Assembly (NCBI GenBank): GCA_002633005.1
Contig: NMRA01000582.1
Coordinates: 100,610-164,609 of the forward strand
DNA: 64,000 nt
Reading direction: 5' to 3'
Origin: Phoronis australis
Lineage: Eukaryota; Animalia; Phoronida
Below, one piece after another: positions 12,901 through 27,800 of the stretch. Within the stretch, counting starts at the first letter, position 1, and each line of letters starts with the position of its first letter. Both the position numbers and the translations under genes were made by a program. A model generated the notes under the pieces. That model ran no database searches, had not been told where the DNA came from, and was given only the letters and a program-made list of their open reading frames with translations.

Positions 12901-15900
12901 TGTCGGATTTTCATGTATAGAGGTACAAAGGGACATTTCACCGAACTGCTCCACCGAGAGAGGGTACCGTCTGAAATGGGACACCTTAATTATGAAAGAC
13001 TAAACATTATTAAGCTTGGAAAAGAGTGACAGTTCATTCCACCGTCGTGTGGTCACAAGACGGTACAGGAAGGGACCCTCTTCAACACGAAAGTCAGTTG
13101 CACGACTTTACAAAAAACAGGAAACTAGACGTAATCAAGTCCAACATTGGGGCCTCTATAAGTGAGCAGAACCTGAAAATTTGTCAATAAAAACATACAA
13201 AGGGTGGCCACTTGAATGTCGTCAATGGCCCCCTTCAAAGGTGGGGCCCCTCAATATGAAATTATCAATATTCTGAAAAATCAAGAAATGCAAGAAATGT
13301 GCAGCAATTGGTGATATCAGTCAAGACATCAAGTGATACACAATTCGAGAAAAAAGCGACAGTTGTTTCCGTAATCCCTTGCCAGAGAGGGGCTTCTGGA
13401 AAAATGTGGTTTTGCAGTCGCAAAATTTTGAATTATTGAATTTAAAAAAAATCAAGTAAATTAATACGCTCTGCAAAATCTTCGTTATACAATTTTTTCG
13501 ATTTTTCGAAATATAATGCATGAACCATTACGTGTACGTTTTCAAGTGCGTTTAGACGACCCGTGCTTCGAAAGCGGAGACCCCAACAACAATGTCTTGG
13601 CCAGGGTCCCCAAAGGTAAACCATGCAATGATACAGAGTTGTTAAATGTTTCTCTTGATTTTTCCCTCTTATCCGCATTTAGCAGTCTTTCGTTTCTCGA
13701 CTGTCCCCGCCCCACGCGCATGTCCGTTGCCACGGTTGAACCCTGACGCCTGAAAATTTTTTTGGGGGGCCTGTGCCCCACCGGCCCCCCCCCCGCTTCC
13801 TGCGGCCTTGAGTAGTGATCTTCTGGACTAGTAACCAGGCCGGGCCCTAGTTCATCCGAGGGGAAAGATGCCTGTCCCTTTTGAGATGTGATTTTTTCGA
13901 GTGAAGGGGGAAATTCTACCTCCCGATCACACCAATAGCACCCGCCCTGTTGTAAGCTCTCATAGGCTCTGCCTCACCAGTAGCCGCAAAACTAATATTT
14001 TGCTTCGGTTCTTTTAGATTGTCACCTGTGTGTATTACAAGTGATTCGAACATCGAGGGTAATTTTTCAAACACTTTAAGGGAATTTTTGTGGCGTCTCG
14101 TGAGTTGAATTAGCGTGATTTTTCAATATTTTCAGAGGGAAATAGGGCCGGCATTCGCCCCCAAAATCGAGGGACTGAGGGCCCTCCCATAAACATTGTC
14201 CTACCTATTGCACTTGTCTCCATATTGTTATCACGGATACGTCGCCCAGCACGATTCGTTTGGTTGCCTTGTGCATGATTCCTTAATGCGTTCCCGTCGT
14301 TCCGTGATCAGCTCAAATCACTTTCGGCAACCATTCTGAATTGCCGGGCATAAACTATTCTGTTATGACAGCAGGTTCTCTGCTTGTCGATCGTATTTGT
14401 TTACAACCTCTGAAATGCAAAAACCCATCGGTGACTGCAGCTAAATGCAAAATGACACCTGCAACAAGTAAAAATACACACACGCATCGTAAATGGCAGT
14501 ACTGAGTATTTAGGCCATTGCGCCTACGTTATCCTAATTGCATACGTATAAATTGAGGTATCGATAAATTGGACTGAAAGGCACAAGAAAGTATTCTATG
14601 AGTGAGCCCTTCGGCCGTTGGATGTATGTTTTCCGGCTGATATAAATCTCATGTATGCGATGACTTGGTCTTCTTGTACCCTTTGTCAGTTCATTGCGGG
14701 TTCAGTAACATATAAACACTTATGACCCATGTGGAGCCACACATGACATAAAATATAATCCGGGCAAAACTGCAATCGTGATATTTAAATCTAAGTTGGT
14801 TTCTGGCGGCTAATCTGCCTCCAATCTCTACACAACAGGGTTATATTGTTATGTGAATAGTGTTCATCATATCCTCTAATGCGATTTAGAGCAAATGATG
14901 CTGACAGTTTACGACAACGATGGAAACTATTGCTGTAACTGACTCAATAATTCGGAAGTTCCATTTTGCAACACCCGTATAAACTCAAATTGTTTAGATC
15001 ATTTTGCACGCCTGTGCACACAGCTCACCGTCCCAGTCGTGGAATCATCTCTTGCCGTTACCCGTTCAAGGGTTTTCTAGTTTAAGTTTCCATTGCTTCT
15101 TTGTACTGTCTTTTACGTTCAGTGTTGTAATGCAATATTAAGTAAGCTCACGTACATTTCTGGGTAAGGTTAATAATTTATTCAATCTCTTTCTCGTTGC
15201 TATTTCTTTAAGTGAACAACTCCACTGTTCTAATATTCGTTCACCTTGGAGGGGATCATTATATACTGGTATTTCGTTATCTCTCTCATTTATTGTCTAA
15301 TACAAATCGTTCTTATCTCCATCATTTGTATTACTTTCATTATATTACTGTCTGTATAGTAGTAGTAATTTTACAGTTTTTGTATGGGCGCTATACACGT
15401 CTGGAATAATGTCTTATCTACGTACATGTCTAAATTGGGTGTTATTCGTGTTATTTTTATTTATTTTTAATTAAAAGTTAGTGATAAGTTAAATACGCCT
15501 CAACGTCTGTCTTTTGTTATGGATAAGTCAAGTTTCACTGACATGATATTAAAAAGATTGTCCTTTTCGGTTGTTACACATATAAGGCGCATTTACTTCA
15601 TTCCATGTATATGTGCACGGGTCTAGTTAAATATAACAGAACTGAGCTTCCCATACAGGTGCTAATACACGCCGGGTGTACAAAGGACTGCCGTTTGGTT
15701 TATATGAGGTGATATGTAAAACAGTTGAACAAATTTGTTTTAAGAAACGCATTATCTAGGACTATCGGACTAAATACACGAATATACCACAGCAGAGTGC
15801 ATTAGCTTTTGTTATTCGACAATAAACGAACAGTTTTTATAATACATATTTTCTGGTGTTTTTTTTTCACTCAATTGTCTCATTGAGACACATTCTACAC

Positions 15901-18790
15901 ATTCAGTTATAGTATACAAGTTTGTACCAGTCTCCTCGAAATCTGTTTCATACAAAATAAAATAAATGTTTGCACTTTTTTTCCACTTAAAAGCTGATCA
16001 AACTAATCTCACAACTGTAAAGGTCTTAGAAGAAGCAAATATTTACTCATCGAATGGTCACTTTTGTATATATAGCAAAAACTGTTGTGACGTTCATACA
16101 TCTATCCCCACCTATAACAAAGCTAATCTATTAGCGAATAGCAAAGGACATGGATACTTAGGCATGAATCAGACTCCAGAACATCAATAGCCGCAGCAAA
16201 AATCTCATGAACTAATGTTTATCCAGTAGCCAGTTAATTTCTTGTCGGTTTGCGTAGAAAACATTGCCTCAAGCACAATTATTTGTATTCCCTTTGCTAA
16301 TGATTACGCCTGACGTAGATAATGTTCTTGTTACCTTGAACTTCTGTAAGAATTATTTCATTCTTTCATTACCTAGAAGAGCAACTTAAACGGATATGAC
16401 GTGTTTAAAGTAGTTGCATGTAAGGTCTTTTCAATTTTTAATTTCTTTCATGTTATTTAACTAGGCTTTTGAAGAGAAAACTGTATGATACCTTTAAATG
16501 TAGAAAAGGTCAAGGCTTTATTCTCATGCGATTGATTCTTGAAAGGATTGTCGCGTCATAAATTCCCAAAGTTTTATTGGCATAGCCTACTGACTGAAAT
16601 TGACTTTGGAACTACTTCAAGTCTGCAGGGACGTGGTAGTCTTTGTTTATAAAACACCAAATCTTTAATGCGACGACAGTACTGGTCTCACAATGTACAT
16701 CCTAAGGCACAATCTTGAGACTGAACAGATATTCATTTGGTAATTGATATTGGGAAGAAACAATACAACTTAATTTTTTTCGTTTGCATATGTCCCATGC
16801 ACGTGTATTTTACCCTCGTGATGTGGTAAAAAAGTCTCATTACTTCTCAGGTCGGTGGGAGGTGCACCTGCCAAAGCAAAAAATATACCATCGAGCACTA
16901 TGGCGAGCGTTTTCTTATACTTGTAGCTGACAGCAGAGTGCGTCATTAATTGACGTTAATAATGCCTGCTAAGTACACACACTATAGTGTAAACGGCACG
17001 TAATACACGATTGCAAATATCAGTTCTAGCCTGTGTCCATAATTTTGCGAGAAAGCCATTTAACGCCATTGTTAAAATACGATGTTTGAACTAGTTAATA
17101 AACTTCCGGTCAGTTGAAACATGGCCAATTTAATGAACAATGTAATCTATTGGAAAGACACCTAAAGAAGACACACATTTGTTTTGTGATGAAATAACAA
17201 AAAGCCTTGACAAACAGAAAGATCATGGTTGCCCGAAAATTCATGAGATTTCGAGCTCCAGAGATCTTGACTGTGTTTACGAGGACTCAGCCAACCTTCA
17301 GGTTTTGCACCTTCCCGCAGCTATCTAAAATCTATGTCTTAGTTTTGTATGCTTTTATATTATGGAGGGTTATTTTTCTAGTGGATTGCATGGTATTTGG
17401 TATAAGCTTAAAAAACGATAAAATTATGTTGTTTAACAACAACTACTTGGCTAAACATTGCCCGTTATCTGCCTTTATTGGCACGTTCCAACTGTATTCG
17501 CGTATCTCGCAAAAAGAGAACTGACTGCCGTATATGAGTATACTAGCTATAGCTCATGCGCATGTACCCAAAATAACGTGCTTTTATCACAAAACAACTT
17601 CGCTAAATGTTTCGCAAAACAGACACGAACACTAGTGACTCCTCTAGGCGATTGGCGACTAACCCTTGCATGTATGCATTGGGTGCTTCTTGATTTTCTT
17701 TGTACTTTTCTTACTGTCAATTTAAATCCGAAAAAATTGTCGATTATTTCAATAAATCACTTTCTTAAAGTTTTAGGATATCAATTCGGCAGTGATACGG
17801 GGCGCTCCTTTAGACAATGCCAGCAGAAGATTTTACTCCTGCCACGGGAACCAGCGAATACAAACCGTTCACCCACGAAAATGTGGTTTTACTCCAGTGC
17901 TACGCGTGAAGGGAAAATTCGCCCAATTCCAAGTACAAGTGTAGGCTCACAGATAAGCGCATAGGCCCAAATACGCAATATGTCTAAGAATTTGCGCAGT
18001 AATATGAATCATTTAAGAAGTGTCCTTTCCAAATCAGCTAACTCTAATTTATCTTGTCGAGGTCGTGACTTTTGCAATCGTCAGTAATATCACAGTGAGT
18101 TCACAGGTAACATTGTACATCTTTGTATGTTGATAAGCAAATACCCTCAGTGAAGGAGCCAATTGTAAGTATCTTAGCCATCGTGATAGCTGAGCAAGCA
18201 AGTCGAGTTTATTAGACAAACAAATCCTTTCATGTGTACAACGCGGATAATTTTACAATATCCCTGAAAAATATTTTCATTGCCATCCTCCTAACCAAAT
18301 AAAGTAGCATTTTGACTCACCAGGACGAGAAAAATAAATAGAAAATAGGAGTCTGCCTATGTGTAACAGTGCTGATTGTGTTTTCACGAAATATTATTTT
18401 CTGGTCAAATTTTTGTGCTGACGTAATGGGGCTTTGAGGGACAAGAAATTTTGCGTGTCTAAGTATGTGGACGTGTGTGTTTTTATTACTCGACAGCGTT
18501 ACTTCGCTTATCGTATTGCAAGACGTTTCCAATCCCAACAACTCTAAGGCGATTTGTTAACAATGGCATTGTACACAAACACTAAAGCGCTGATTCAGAT
18601 GCGCTTATTTAACATCAATAGCCAAAAAGGATATATGGAACCTTAAACAAATCTTAACAAAATGGTCTCTTCGAGAAGCGCATACAAAGTTTAAACAGCG
18701 AGCAGTGTAGAGACAGACGAAGATTGGGAAGGGACAGGGAGTTGTCACTGTTGGATTAAGCGTAGAATAACGAAAAATGGCGAAAGCGAC

Positions 18791-18845
18791 ATGAAGGAAA
18801 TTGTCTTATTCTGCTTATTTTTGACTGTTAGAGTTTCGCTAGCCT
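18791..18845 (+). CDS. VWA receptor exon 1 (signal peptide)
   Basis: MKEIVLFCLFLTVRVSLA then T|gtaag, phase 1, matching exon 2. Confidence 0.75.
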
Positions 18846-21800
18846 GTAAGTATACAATACAAAGTATCTAAAACATGGTTACGTAAAAATGTTAAGACTA
18901 TTGGCTGTTGAAAAGCATGTGTTTTTGTAACAAGCTAGTTCAGAAATTTGTCAGAATACAAAATACGCACCAAAATAATTACGTTTGTGCTCTGCAATAA
19001 TCAAATATTCGAAGCAATTCTGAAATCACAAAATGCATTTATGAGAACATCCTCAGTGTTGTAGACACATCTTGATTACTGGTTTTTGTTCAGTTCCGAA
19101 AACAACGAACAGATTAAATCACAAGGTGATCTGAAAATCAAAATTAAAAAATTGTAAATATAGACGCTGATGTTGGTCAATAGTGAATCAAATAAACAAA
19201 TAAACGCAGAAAAATCAGGAACCCCAACTGGGGATCCTGTGCAAAAGGCGAAGTGCCTCTCATGGAACGGACGACATAACAGTTGGCTGCAGACAGCAAT
19301 TGCACAGATATCGGGTCCTCAGTAGCTCAGTGGTAAGAACATTAAAAATCAATAGCACCCAGAATTTATTGAGCAAGATGAATCCCCTCCATTCAATTGC
19401 TCGTTTGTAGAAGCTCCATGACTTAAAAAGCAACTGTAGAATGCACAGAGCTTGTTCTGATTTAGTTAATAACGTGAAACGTTTAACTTTAAGCTGCTTC
19501 CTGTGGGACGGATGGCGTTCTACTGTTGGATACGTCGCAAACCGTTTCTACCAACGACTTCCAGAAGCTTCAAGACTTCGCTAAACGAATCACCAGCAGT
19601 TGGGATTTCGCATCCTCAACCTTCACCTTAATCAACTTCGGGAAGCAAAATGAAGCAGTCATAAGCTTTTCGTCGAGTCAAACTGACGTGGATGCCGCCA
19701 TTGACGGTATGAGCCGTAAGGGCGGTGAAGCCTATACTCATCAGGCACTGAACTCCGCCAAACATTTGCTGACGACGAACGCGAGGGCCAACCCCAAGTG
19801 GGTGGTCATACTCCTTAGCGCCGGTGAGCTTCACGTAACTTTGTTTTAGATGTAGTTATAAAGATATCAATTTATGATCATCTTCCGAGCAGTTGTATAT
19901 TCTCGTGATACAAGAAATGTTTTCAGTACAAAAAATACTACCTGATAGTTTATGCAGTTGCCACACAAAAACGTACTTAAAACGAGACACAAATTTCGAG
20001 CGAGACTTCCGAACTCGGACTCGACTGTATTTTTGACATTTTCCGCTCGCGTTTAGGTACAAATTCAAGGTAATTTTTAAAAAGTTCAACTTTGTATGCT
20101 CGAGCAATTCAATGTTTACGCAGACGTGATTTGCGCTTCATGACCTCTAGATACGAGCTACAAACTTGAGTTCAAGTTCGATATTTCCAGTTTAGGTTCT
20201 TAATCAATGGATTTGAAGATGGAGTCATCAAGGGCGTACTAGAATTAGATTTTCATTCAAGAAAACCATGTTTTTCTTGAGCAAAGAACATTTAGTGCTT
20301 AGGCCAATTTTAAGAGGACACTTTAAAATAGACCAGAAATGTGAGAAATAACTTTGAGTTGAAGCTCGAAGGTCAGACCTTGGAGCCTGGTGTCGTGCAT
20401 CCAGTGCAAAATGATTACCATGTTTGGTCTTCACATTTTTCGTCGTAAATAGCACACGTTTCGCAACAGTTTCTCGCAGCAGCCATTTAGGTAATTTTAT
20501 TAGTGTATAGTATCTTTTTAAATTGTGTGTTCTTACGGAAAGTGTTTGTATTATGTGTGTGCGTATAGTACAAACCTCGGACATTGTGATGCTTAAGTTA
20601 CTGCCTCCCTGCTGGATCCTCGCTTCTTCTTGTTTACTTGATACAAACGGACGAAGGATTCCGTTGATACGGAGTAGACGAGTTGAATGTTTTACCAGTT
20701 GAATTAATTCCTTTTATGACAATTACTATTTTCATTATTATCACAATTATCAATAACAATAACAACAAAACATAAATAATAACAAAAATAACAATAATAA
20801 TAATGATAATAATAATAACAATCATGCCATTATCATGTTCGTCATCATTATTATTATTACGACCACTATTACAACTACTATTACAAATGGAAAATGTCAG
20901 TAAATATGGAGAAATCAAATGCTGTTTTTTCATACATTTATTATCATTGATAAACAAGTACACCAACAAAACAAACAAGAACATCAACATTCATTCTCGT
21001 ATGCACACCTCAGGAGAAACCATTCTCGTACCTCGTGTCTCGTAAGCTACATGGAGTTATTGTGAACAACAATATTTTCCCCATTTCCCAGAGAAGCTGT
21101 CATACACAAAATATTTATATGCAATTAATTTTTCAGCATTATAATTTTCATAAGTACATGTAACAAACTTATGAATAATAGCTGACATCTTTCCTTGTCA
21201 ATGTATTGTTTGGCTATCAATAGCAAAATGTTAAATAGAAAATCGTGTGTCTCATCAAGTCCAAGAATAACACGTTTGTAAGAGAGACAGTTGGGAAGCT
21301 AAATGAGATACTTTTGAAGTAGTTCTTTGAATTCCTTCCAAAAATCTTGAACAGGGCGGCATTCCCAAAAAGGTGTGACAGCGTCTCTGGAGCTTTAATA
21401 CAAAAGAAACATAAATTATAATCCCGAACTTGGAATTTGACCAAAAGTATTTGTTGCAATAATTCTGTGTAATATTCTAAATTGAAACCATCTAATGTTG
21501 GGGTCGGATGTAATTTCATAAGCCAATGCGTACATTTTCTTCCAATCTAAACTCACTCCCAACTCTATTTCCCATTTACACTCTGACGTAGAAGGTCTCT
21601 TAATATAGAACTAATATGTATAAAGGCATGCAAGGAGAATAAATGTTAACAGTTAAATTTACTTTGAAATAGAGGTTTTTTGAAACCTTACAATAGAAAC
21701 AACGCCATTATGTTCTACAATATCAAGTTGGTTTTCACATCGAACCCGTTTATCATATGGTCTAACGAAATCGCCTTCAGAGGTATAAATATTTCTGATA

Positions 21801-24800
21801 AATCTTTAGCCTTTTACAAACCAAGATTTTGAAAAACACTTCTGCCTCCGATCCCCAATTTACTATTAAACCACAAAGATTGATTCAAAAAGTCTTGTTT
21901 ACTCGCAACTATTATTTTTTCATAGAAAGTTGTCAAACTTCCAAATACGTCGCGCCAGAAGCAATTATCAATTAGAGTCAACTTTGACTAATAGAGTCTT
22001 CTCCTAATGAAGCAAAATTCTTTAAGAACGGGTACAGTGGGTAGTAACTGACCACTTTTAGACGCGGGGCTTTCAAGATATCTACGGGCCATGGCGGGTT
22101 TTAAGATTTTGCTGAAAGTTTGCATATTAATCATTTGAAGTCCCCCTCGATCTAGTCCTAAACAGGCCGTAGTTCGTTTAATTTTATCATTACGACCCTG
22201 CCAAACAAATCTAAAGCATATCGTATTCAATTCATCCAACACCTTTACTGTTGGATTTGATAAACTTGACAACAAAAAATTAATTTTCGAAATAGCTAAC
22301 GTTTTAATTACAGTAACTCTACCAAATGGCGTTAATTTTTGTCGACTCCTATTTTTTTATAAAGACTGAATCTCACTCACATTGGCAGTGAAGGTCTTAT
22401 GTGTCATACTATCCAACGTAGTGTCAAAATCCGAACCCAAAAACGATTTTTTGTCCTAGACAGGCTTTCTGTTGTAGGAATCACGTCATCACTACCAGTT
22501 TTACTTCCAAACCAAATGGCTTTTGTTTTATCCACATTCACTTGGAGACCGGAGACACCAGTACACAAATGTAGTACATTCAATGTGCTAGTCAATAACA
22601 AATTCGACCCATCCAAAGTAATTGATGTGTCGTCCGAATATTGCGAATTTAAATATACCTTATTTCCCGCAACTACACTTGAAATATTTTTTTATTGTTC
22701 TTGATTAAATACGCCAAAATTTCCGTGCACAATATATAAATGTAGGGAGACAGGGGGGTCACCTAGTCTGCAACCACGCGAAATATTTAACCAGGACCAT
22801 TTACGACAACACACGACTTAATATTACTATGAAAGACTTTCACCCTCCTTCTGATCGACCAACCAAAATTAAGGAAAGACAAAGTTTTTTTGTATAAAAT
22901 TTCACGAAAATTAATCAAATGCTATCGCAAGATCGATCAGTAAGAACAATCCTGGATTGTTAGCTAATTGCGCATAAAACGGTAAATCTTACGAGGATAT
23001 TTTTTCCAGAAGCAAAATCTGTCTGGTCCTTACCGATTAGTTTTCCCAAAACGGATTTTAACCGTTCAGCCACAGCCAAAGAAACCACTTTATATGTCAT
23101 ACCGAGTAAGGATAAAATTAAATATTGTGGTGTTTAAAAAGCGAGGAAGTGTAAAGAAAACTGAGAGGTGGACATAAAGGAGAACTCAATTGAGAGTAGC
23201 AAGTTATACAAATATCTTGGGTGTGTATTCTTATGTAGACTGAATTGGTCAAGATGCTGTAACACTATAGCCCAGCAAGGAAATGAAGCTCTGAATATTA
23301 TTAAGCACTCTCAGTGTAATATAAGCTCAATTCGTAATGCCAAAATAGCCTTCAACCTTTTTGATTCTGTGATATCCCCAATACATTTTTATGGTGCTGA
23401 ATTATGGGTAACATGCCATGGAAGGAAAGAGAAAATGTACAAAATACGTTCTGTGAGTGGCTTTTGACTTCTGGTAGTGAAACAAGCAGTGTTGTAGCTC
23501 GAGGTGAACGGGGGTGGAGTGTTATACATATGTAAGCCTTCTAAATATTTATTGAAGTTATTCAAAATGGGTAGTAATACATTGCCAAAGCAATGCTGGT
23601 AAGGATGCAATTGGCCAGGAAAACTGGTGTAGAGTGAAAAAGCTATTATTTACCACAGGCTTTGGATATGTATGGCTATTCCAGTAAGTTGGTGATGAGC
23701 TGATATTTGTATGTATGAATTCAAGTAAAGATTGAGCGATGTAAATGTTCTAAAATGGTTGCAAGCTATTGGAAGCATGGCGAAGTGTAATTTCTATTGT
23801 GCAATCAAGTCAGAGTTGGTTTGTGAGAAATACTGGTTCTGAAATTGGTCAAAAGGTCAAATTTAGCTATAGCGAACATAAGGTGTTCAACCCATCAACT
23901 TAATATAGAGCTGGACAGAAGAAATGGCATCCCCGTGATCAAAGATTGTATTCTGTTTGTAACAAAAGAGAAATAGGAATAGAGAGTTACTTTTGTTTCG
24001 ATGTCCAGTTTTAGCAAATCTGAGATGTAGTTACTTGAGACATAGATCTATTACTAGAGACGATATACAACATCTGAATAACCTGGCGAACTTTATTATC
24101 AAATCATACGAAATACAAAAACGATGAGTCTGTAAGTATCTGTGGACATATCTACCATGTAAAATATTGTCATCGTACAAATGTCTCGTGAACTAAAGCC
24201 TTTGAAGAAATAAAAGTATTCTATTACTATGATTTTCCCAAATGACCTAGCACTGTAATAAGTGAACAAAAACTACGTTTCACAGCGCCACTGGCTTTCT
24301 TCCAAAATCTTGTTTACGAGAGGATCACTTGAAGCATTGGTGTACGCTCTGAACTGAGTAATAATATCTCAATCACTACGAGTCAGCAGTAGCAAATTTA
24401 TTCCAGTTCTTAGCAAAGGGGGCCAGAATACCGAGTCGGCTGCGAGGAATCTCGAGAGTAAAGGTGCCACGATATACGTTGTAATACCATCTTCACTGAG
24501 TCATACGAGCTCAGCTTACGTGGAATTGTCATCAGTGGCCACAGATCCCGACTCCAAACATCTCATGGAGGTCAACAGTTACGCGGACCTATCCACCCTC
24601 GACATAGGCCCACTAACACCAGCCAGTTGCTCATCAACAGGTATTTATTAATTAATCAAATTGATTTATTGATATTGATGAGACTGAAACATTTATCATC
24701 TCAGCAAGTCTACTTTTAAGTGCGCTTGCTATAATGATAAAAACCGGTTGGTGAAACCAAAAGCAATCTTCAGATTCTTGGTGGCGATAGAAAAATTTGA

Positions 24801-27800
24801 TACTTAGCATGGCAAGCACCTTGTACATGTTCTGCAACAACTACGTTTTTCGACAATTTGAAGAAATGTATATTTATTTACACACAATCAACAGTGAACG
24901 GTATGTTTACCCGGGGATCGCCATTTGGTATTTGGTATTATATAAAGACAGAAAAAAAATATTGTATACACACAATATTGTAAATAGACAGCACCGTTGT
25001 GTATCGAACACATTATGAATAACACTGTACTGTAGACTTGACGAAATATTGTGCAACGGCGCTTATGAAACGTTATGAACGCAACCCTCCTGTTGCTCAG
25101 TTATCTATGCTTGTATTCATTGAATACGGCTATATATTATACTGATCGAGTTGTACCTTTTCGTTTTTTCGGTTTCTTAATCAACAGGTATGATATAAAG
25201 CCATGTTGTGCCCGAAAATCGCATTAAGAGTAGATTCTTGCGAGTTTGGCGAGACCAAATAAGTTCACCACAAGCGAAGTATGAGATCTTGTTAGCTTTC
25301 ACTCGCGAATATTGTAAGTAAGAAACGGGTCCCTGCATACATGTATCTTTGTGTAATTCATTAAACCTGGAGTGGCATCGACGAGCAGCTCAGTGCGCGT
25401 AAAATTTAAAAATGGAAAAGAATTCAATCACCTGACAACGATTGCCGGTGTCTTTCACTGAGATCATCAATGAAAACATTTTATGGAAATACGTGATCAA
25501 AATTAAAACCATTAGCAAACGGCACAAAGCTCCCCAAATCAACAGTACCCAACGAAATGGTTGTTTCAATATAGATATTGTCGTCCACTATAGGGAGCTG
25601 TCAAGCAACAGATGGAATCCTGCTCTTAGATACGTCTGACGCGGTAACCTCCAACGATTTTCAAGAGCTCAAAAGGTTTTCAAAAGAAATCGTGAATGCC
25701 TGGGACTTCTCGTCCTCCACGATGTCTGTGATTAACTTTGGAAAGAAGAACAGTGAAGAGATATCTTTCTCCACGAGCAAGTCTGCTGTGATCTCAGCTA
25801 TTGACGGCATGAATCAGAAAGGTGGGGATGCATTCACTCACCAGGCTCTGAATGTGGCGAAACAGAGTTTGAAGCAAAACAAGCGAAGCGGCAAAACGTG
25901 GATTGTTATTTTGATCAGTGCAGGTAAGAGTTGAATAGGCCTAGGAATGTTTGCTTCTGTCGACTCCAACTTACTTCCGCCCCGAGATCTACATCAGTTT
26001 TAGACCCCTNNNNNNNNNNNNNNNNNNNNNNNNNNNNNNNNNNNNNNNNNNNNNNNNNNNNNNNNNNNNNNNNNNNNNNNNNNNNNNNNNNNNNNNNNNN
26101 NNNNNNNNNNNNNNNNNNNNNNNNNNNNNNNNNNNNNNNNNNNNNNNNNNNNNNNNNNNNNNNNNNNNNNNNNNNNNNNNNNNNNNNNNNNNNNNNNNNN
26201 NNNNNNNNNNNNNNNNNNNNNNNNNNNNNNNNNNNNNNNNNNNNNNNNNNNNNNNNNNNNNNNNNNNNNNNNNNNNNNNNNNNNNNNNNNNNNNNNNNNN
26301 NNNNNNNNNNNNNNNNNNNNNNNNNNNNNNNNNNNNNNNNNNNNNNNNNNNNNNNNNNNNNNNNNNNNNNNNNNNNNNNNNNNNNNNNNNNNNNNNNNNN
26401 NNNNNNNNNNNNNNNNNNNNNNNNNNNNNNNNNNNNNNNNNNNNNNNNNNNNNNNNNNNNNNNNNNNNNNNNNNNNNNNNNNNNNNNNNNNNNNNNNNNN
26501 NNNNNNNNNNNNNNNNNNNNNNNNNNNNNNNNNNNNNNNNNNNNNNNNNNNNNNNNNNNNNNNNNNNNNNNNNNNNNNNNCAACCACGACTACACCGCCA
26601 ACCACGACTACACCGCCAACCACGACTACACCGCCAACCACGACTACACAGGCGCCAACCACGACTACACAACGGCCAACAACGACTACACAGGCGCCAA
26701 CCACTACTATACAGGTACCAACTACGACTAAGCAAGCGCCAACAGCGAGTACACAGGCGCTAACCGCGACTTCACAGGCGCCAGTCAGGACTACACAAGC
26801 GTCAACAAAGACTACTCAGGCTTTAAGTCAAGCGCCAATAACAACTACGCAAGCGCAAAAACCGACTAACCAAGATGTAAAGACCACGCAAGCGCTAACA
26901 CCTGCATCGACAACCGTCAATGAGACTGAACACACAGCGTCATCTACCGTGACAATCCAAATGATGACAACGGCTTCTGGCGTAACAAAATTGCCAATAG
27001 ATGTGATTTTGGCTGTGGACACATCCAAAGCCGTATCGGCAAGTGATTTATTCAGCGTTAAGCAATTTCTTGAGGACATTGTAAATGGACTTGACTTTCA
27101 TACAAGTGGGATGCTAAGAATAGCATTGATCAATTTTGGGAAGAATAGTGAAACAATTGCGGGATTCTCTTCTGAAAAAAGTTCTATATTATCTAATATC
27201 AATGGTTTGGGACAAAAAGGAGACCAAGCGTTCACCCACAAAGCTTTAAATATGGCCAAGGACTTGTTCAGCCAGAGTGGTAGACACGGCGTAACGAAAG
27301 AACTTATCTTAATTAGTCCAGGTGAGTTAAAGGTTTCGCCAGATCACATACTCGTTTTGAATGCAAATAAGCCCTGTATTCTTAATTTGGACAAAAATTC
27401 AAGCAACTTTAGCGAATTCTGGCACTTTTGATATATCTTACCGATAAAAAAACTTAGTAACTCGTATAACTTGTTTGACTAACTTTTTAAACATTTATGG
27501 TCAACTATTTTAATTATTACTGTCCGCTTGAAGTGAAGTGTCACCGGACCACACAGGTAAGTTTCGATTTTACTCAGCAAGCATTCATGGACATTTTGTA
27601 GAAAGCGGTAAAATGCGACATTTATTTCAGAAATTGGTCAGTCGGGTCAAAGCGCTACGTCTGCTGCCAACAACCTTAAACAATCTGGAGTTTTGATACA
27701 CGCAATCGCTCCTTCATCGCGGCCATCTGATTTCACAACTGTCGTCACAAATTCCAGCATGGACAACGTATTTGAAGTGAATGATTATGCAAGCCTGGAT

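Noticed and set aside
17207-17964. ORFs of 105 and 168 aa
   Set aside because: No recognisable motifs or splice support; composition looks like non-coding repeat DNA.
19312-19342. tRNA-like A box (AGTAGCTCAGTGGTAAGA)
   Set aside because: Only a ~30-bp fragment with no B box or cloverleaf.
20634-21045. Hydrophobic poly-Ile ORFs
   Set aside because: Translation of AAT/ATT microsatellite.
25915-26763. Long ORFs spanning the N gap (NHDYTA / QPRLHR repeats)
   Set aside because: Artefacts of N translation and alternative frames of the PTTTT minisatellite.
26581-26830. CRISPR-like array
   Set aside because: Contiguous coding tandem repeats without unique spacers, in a eukaryotic gene.
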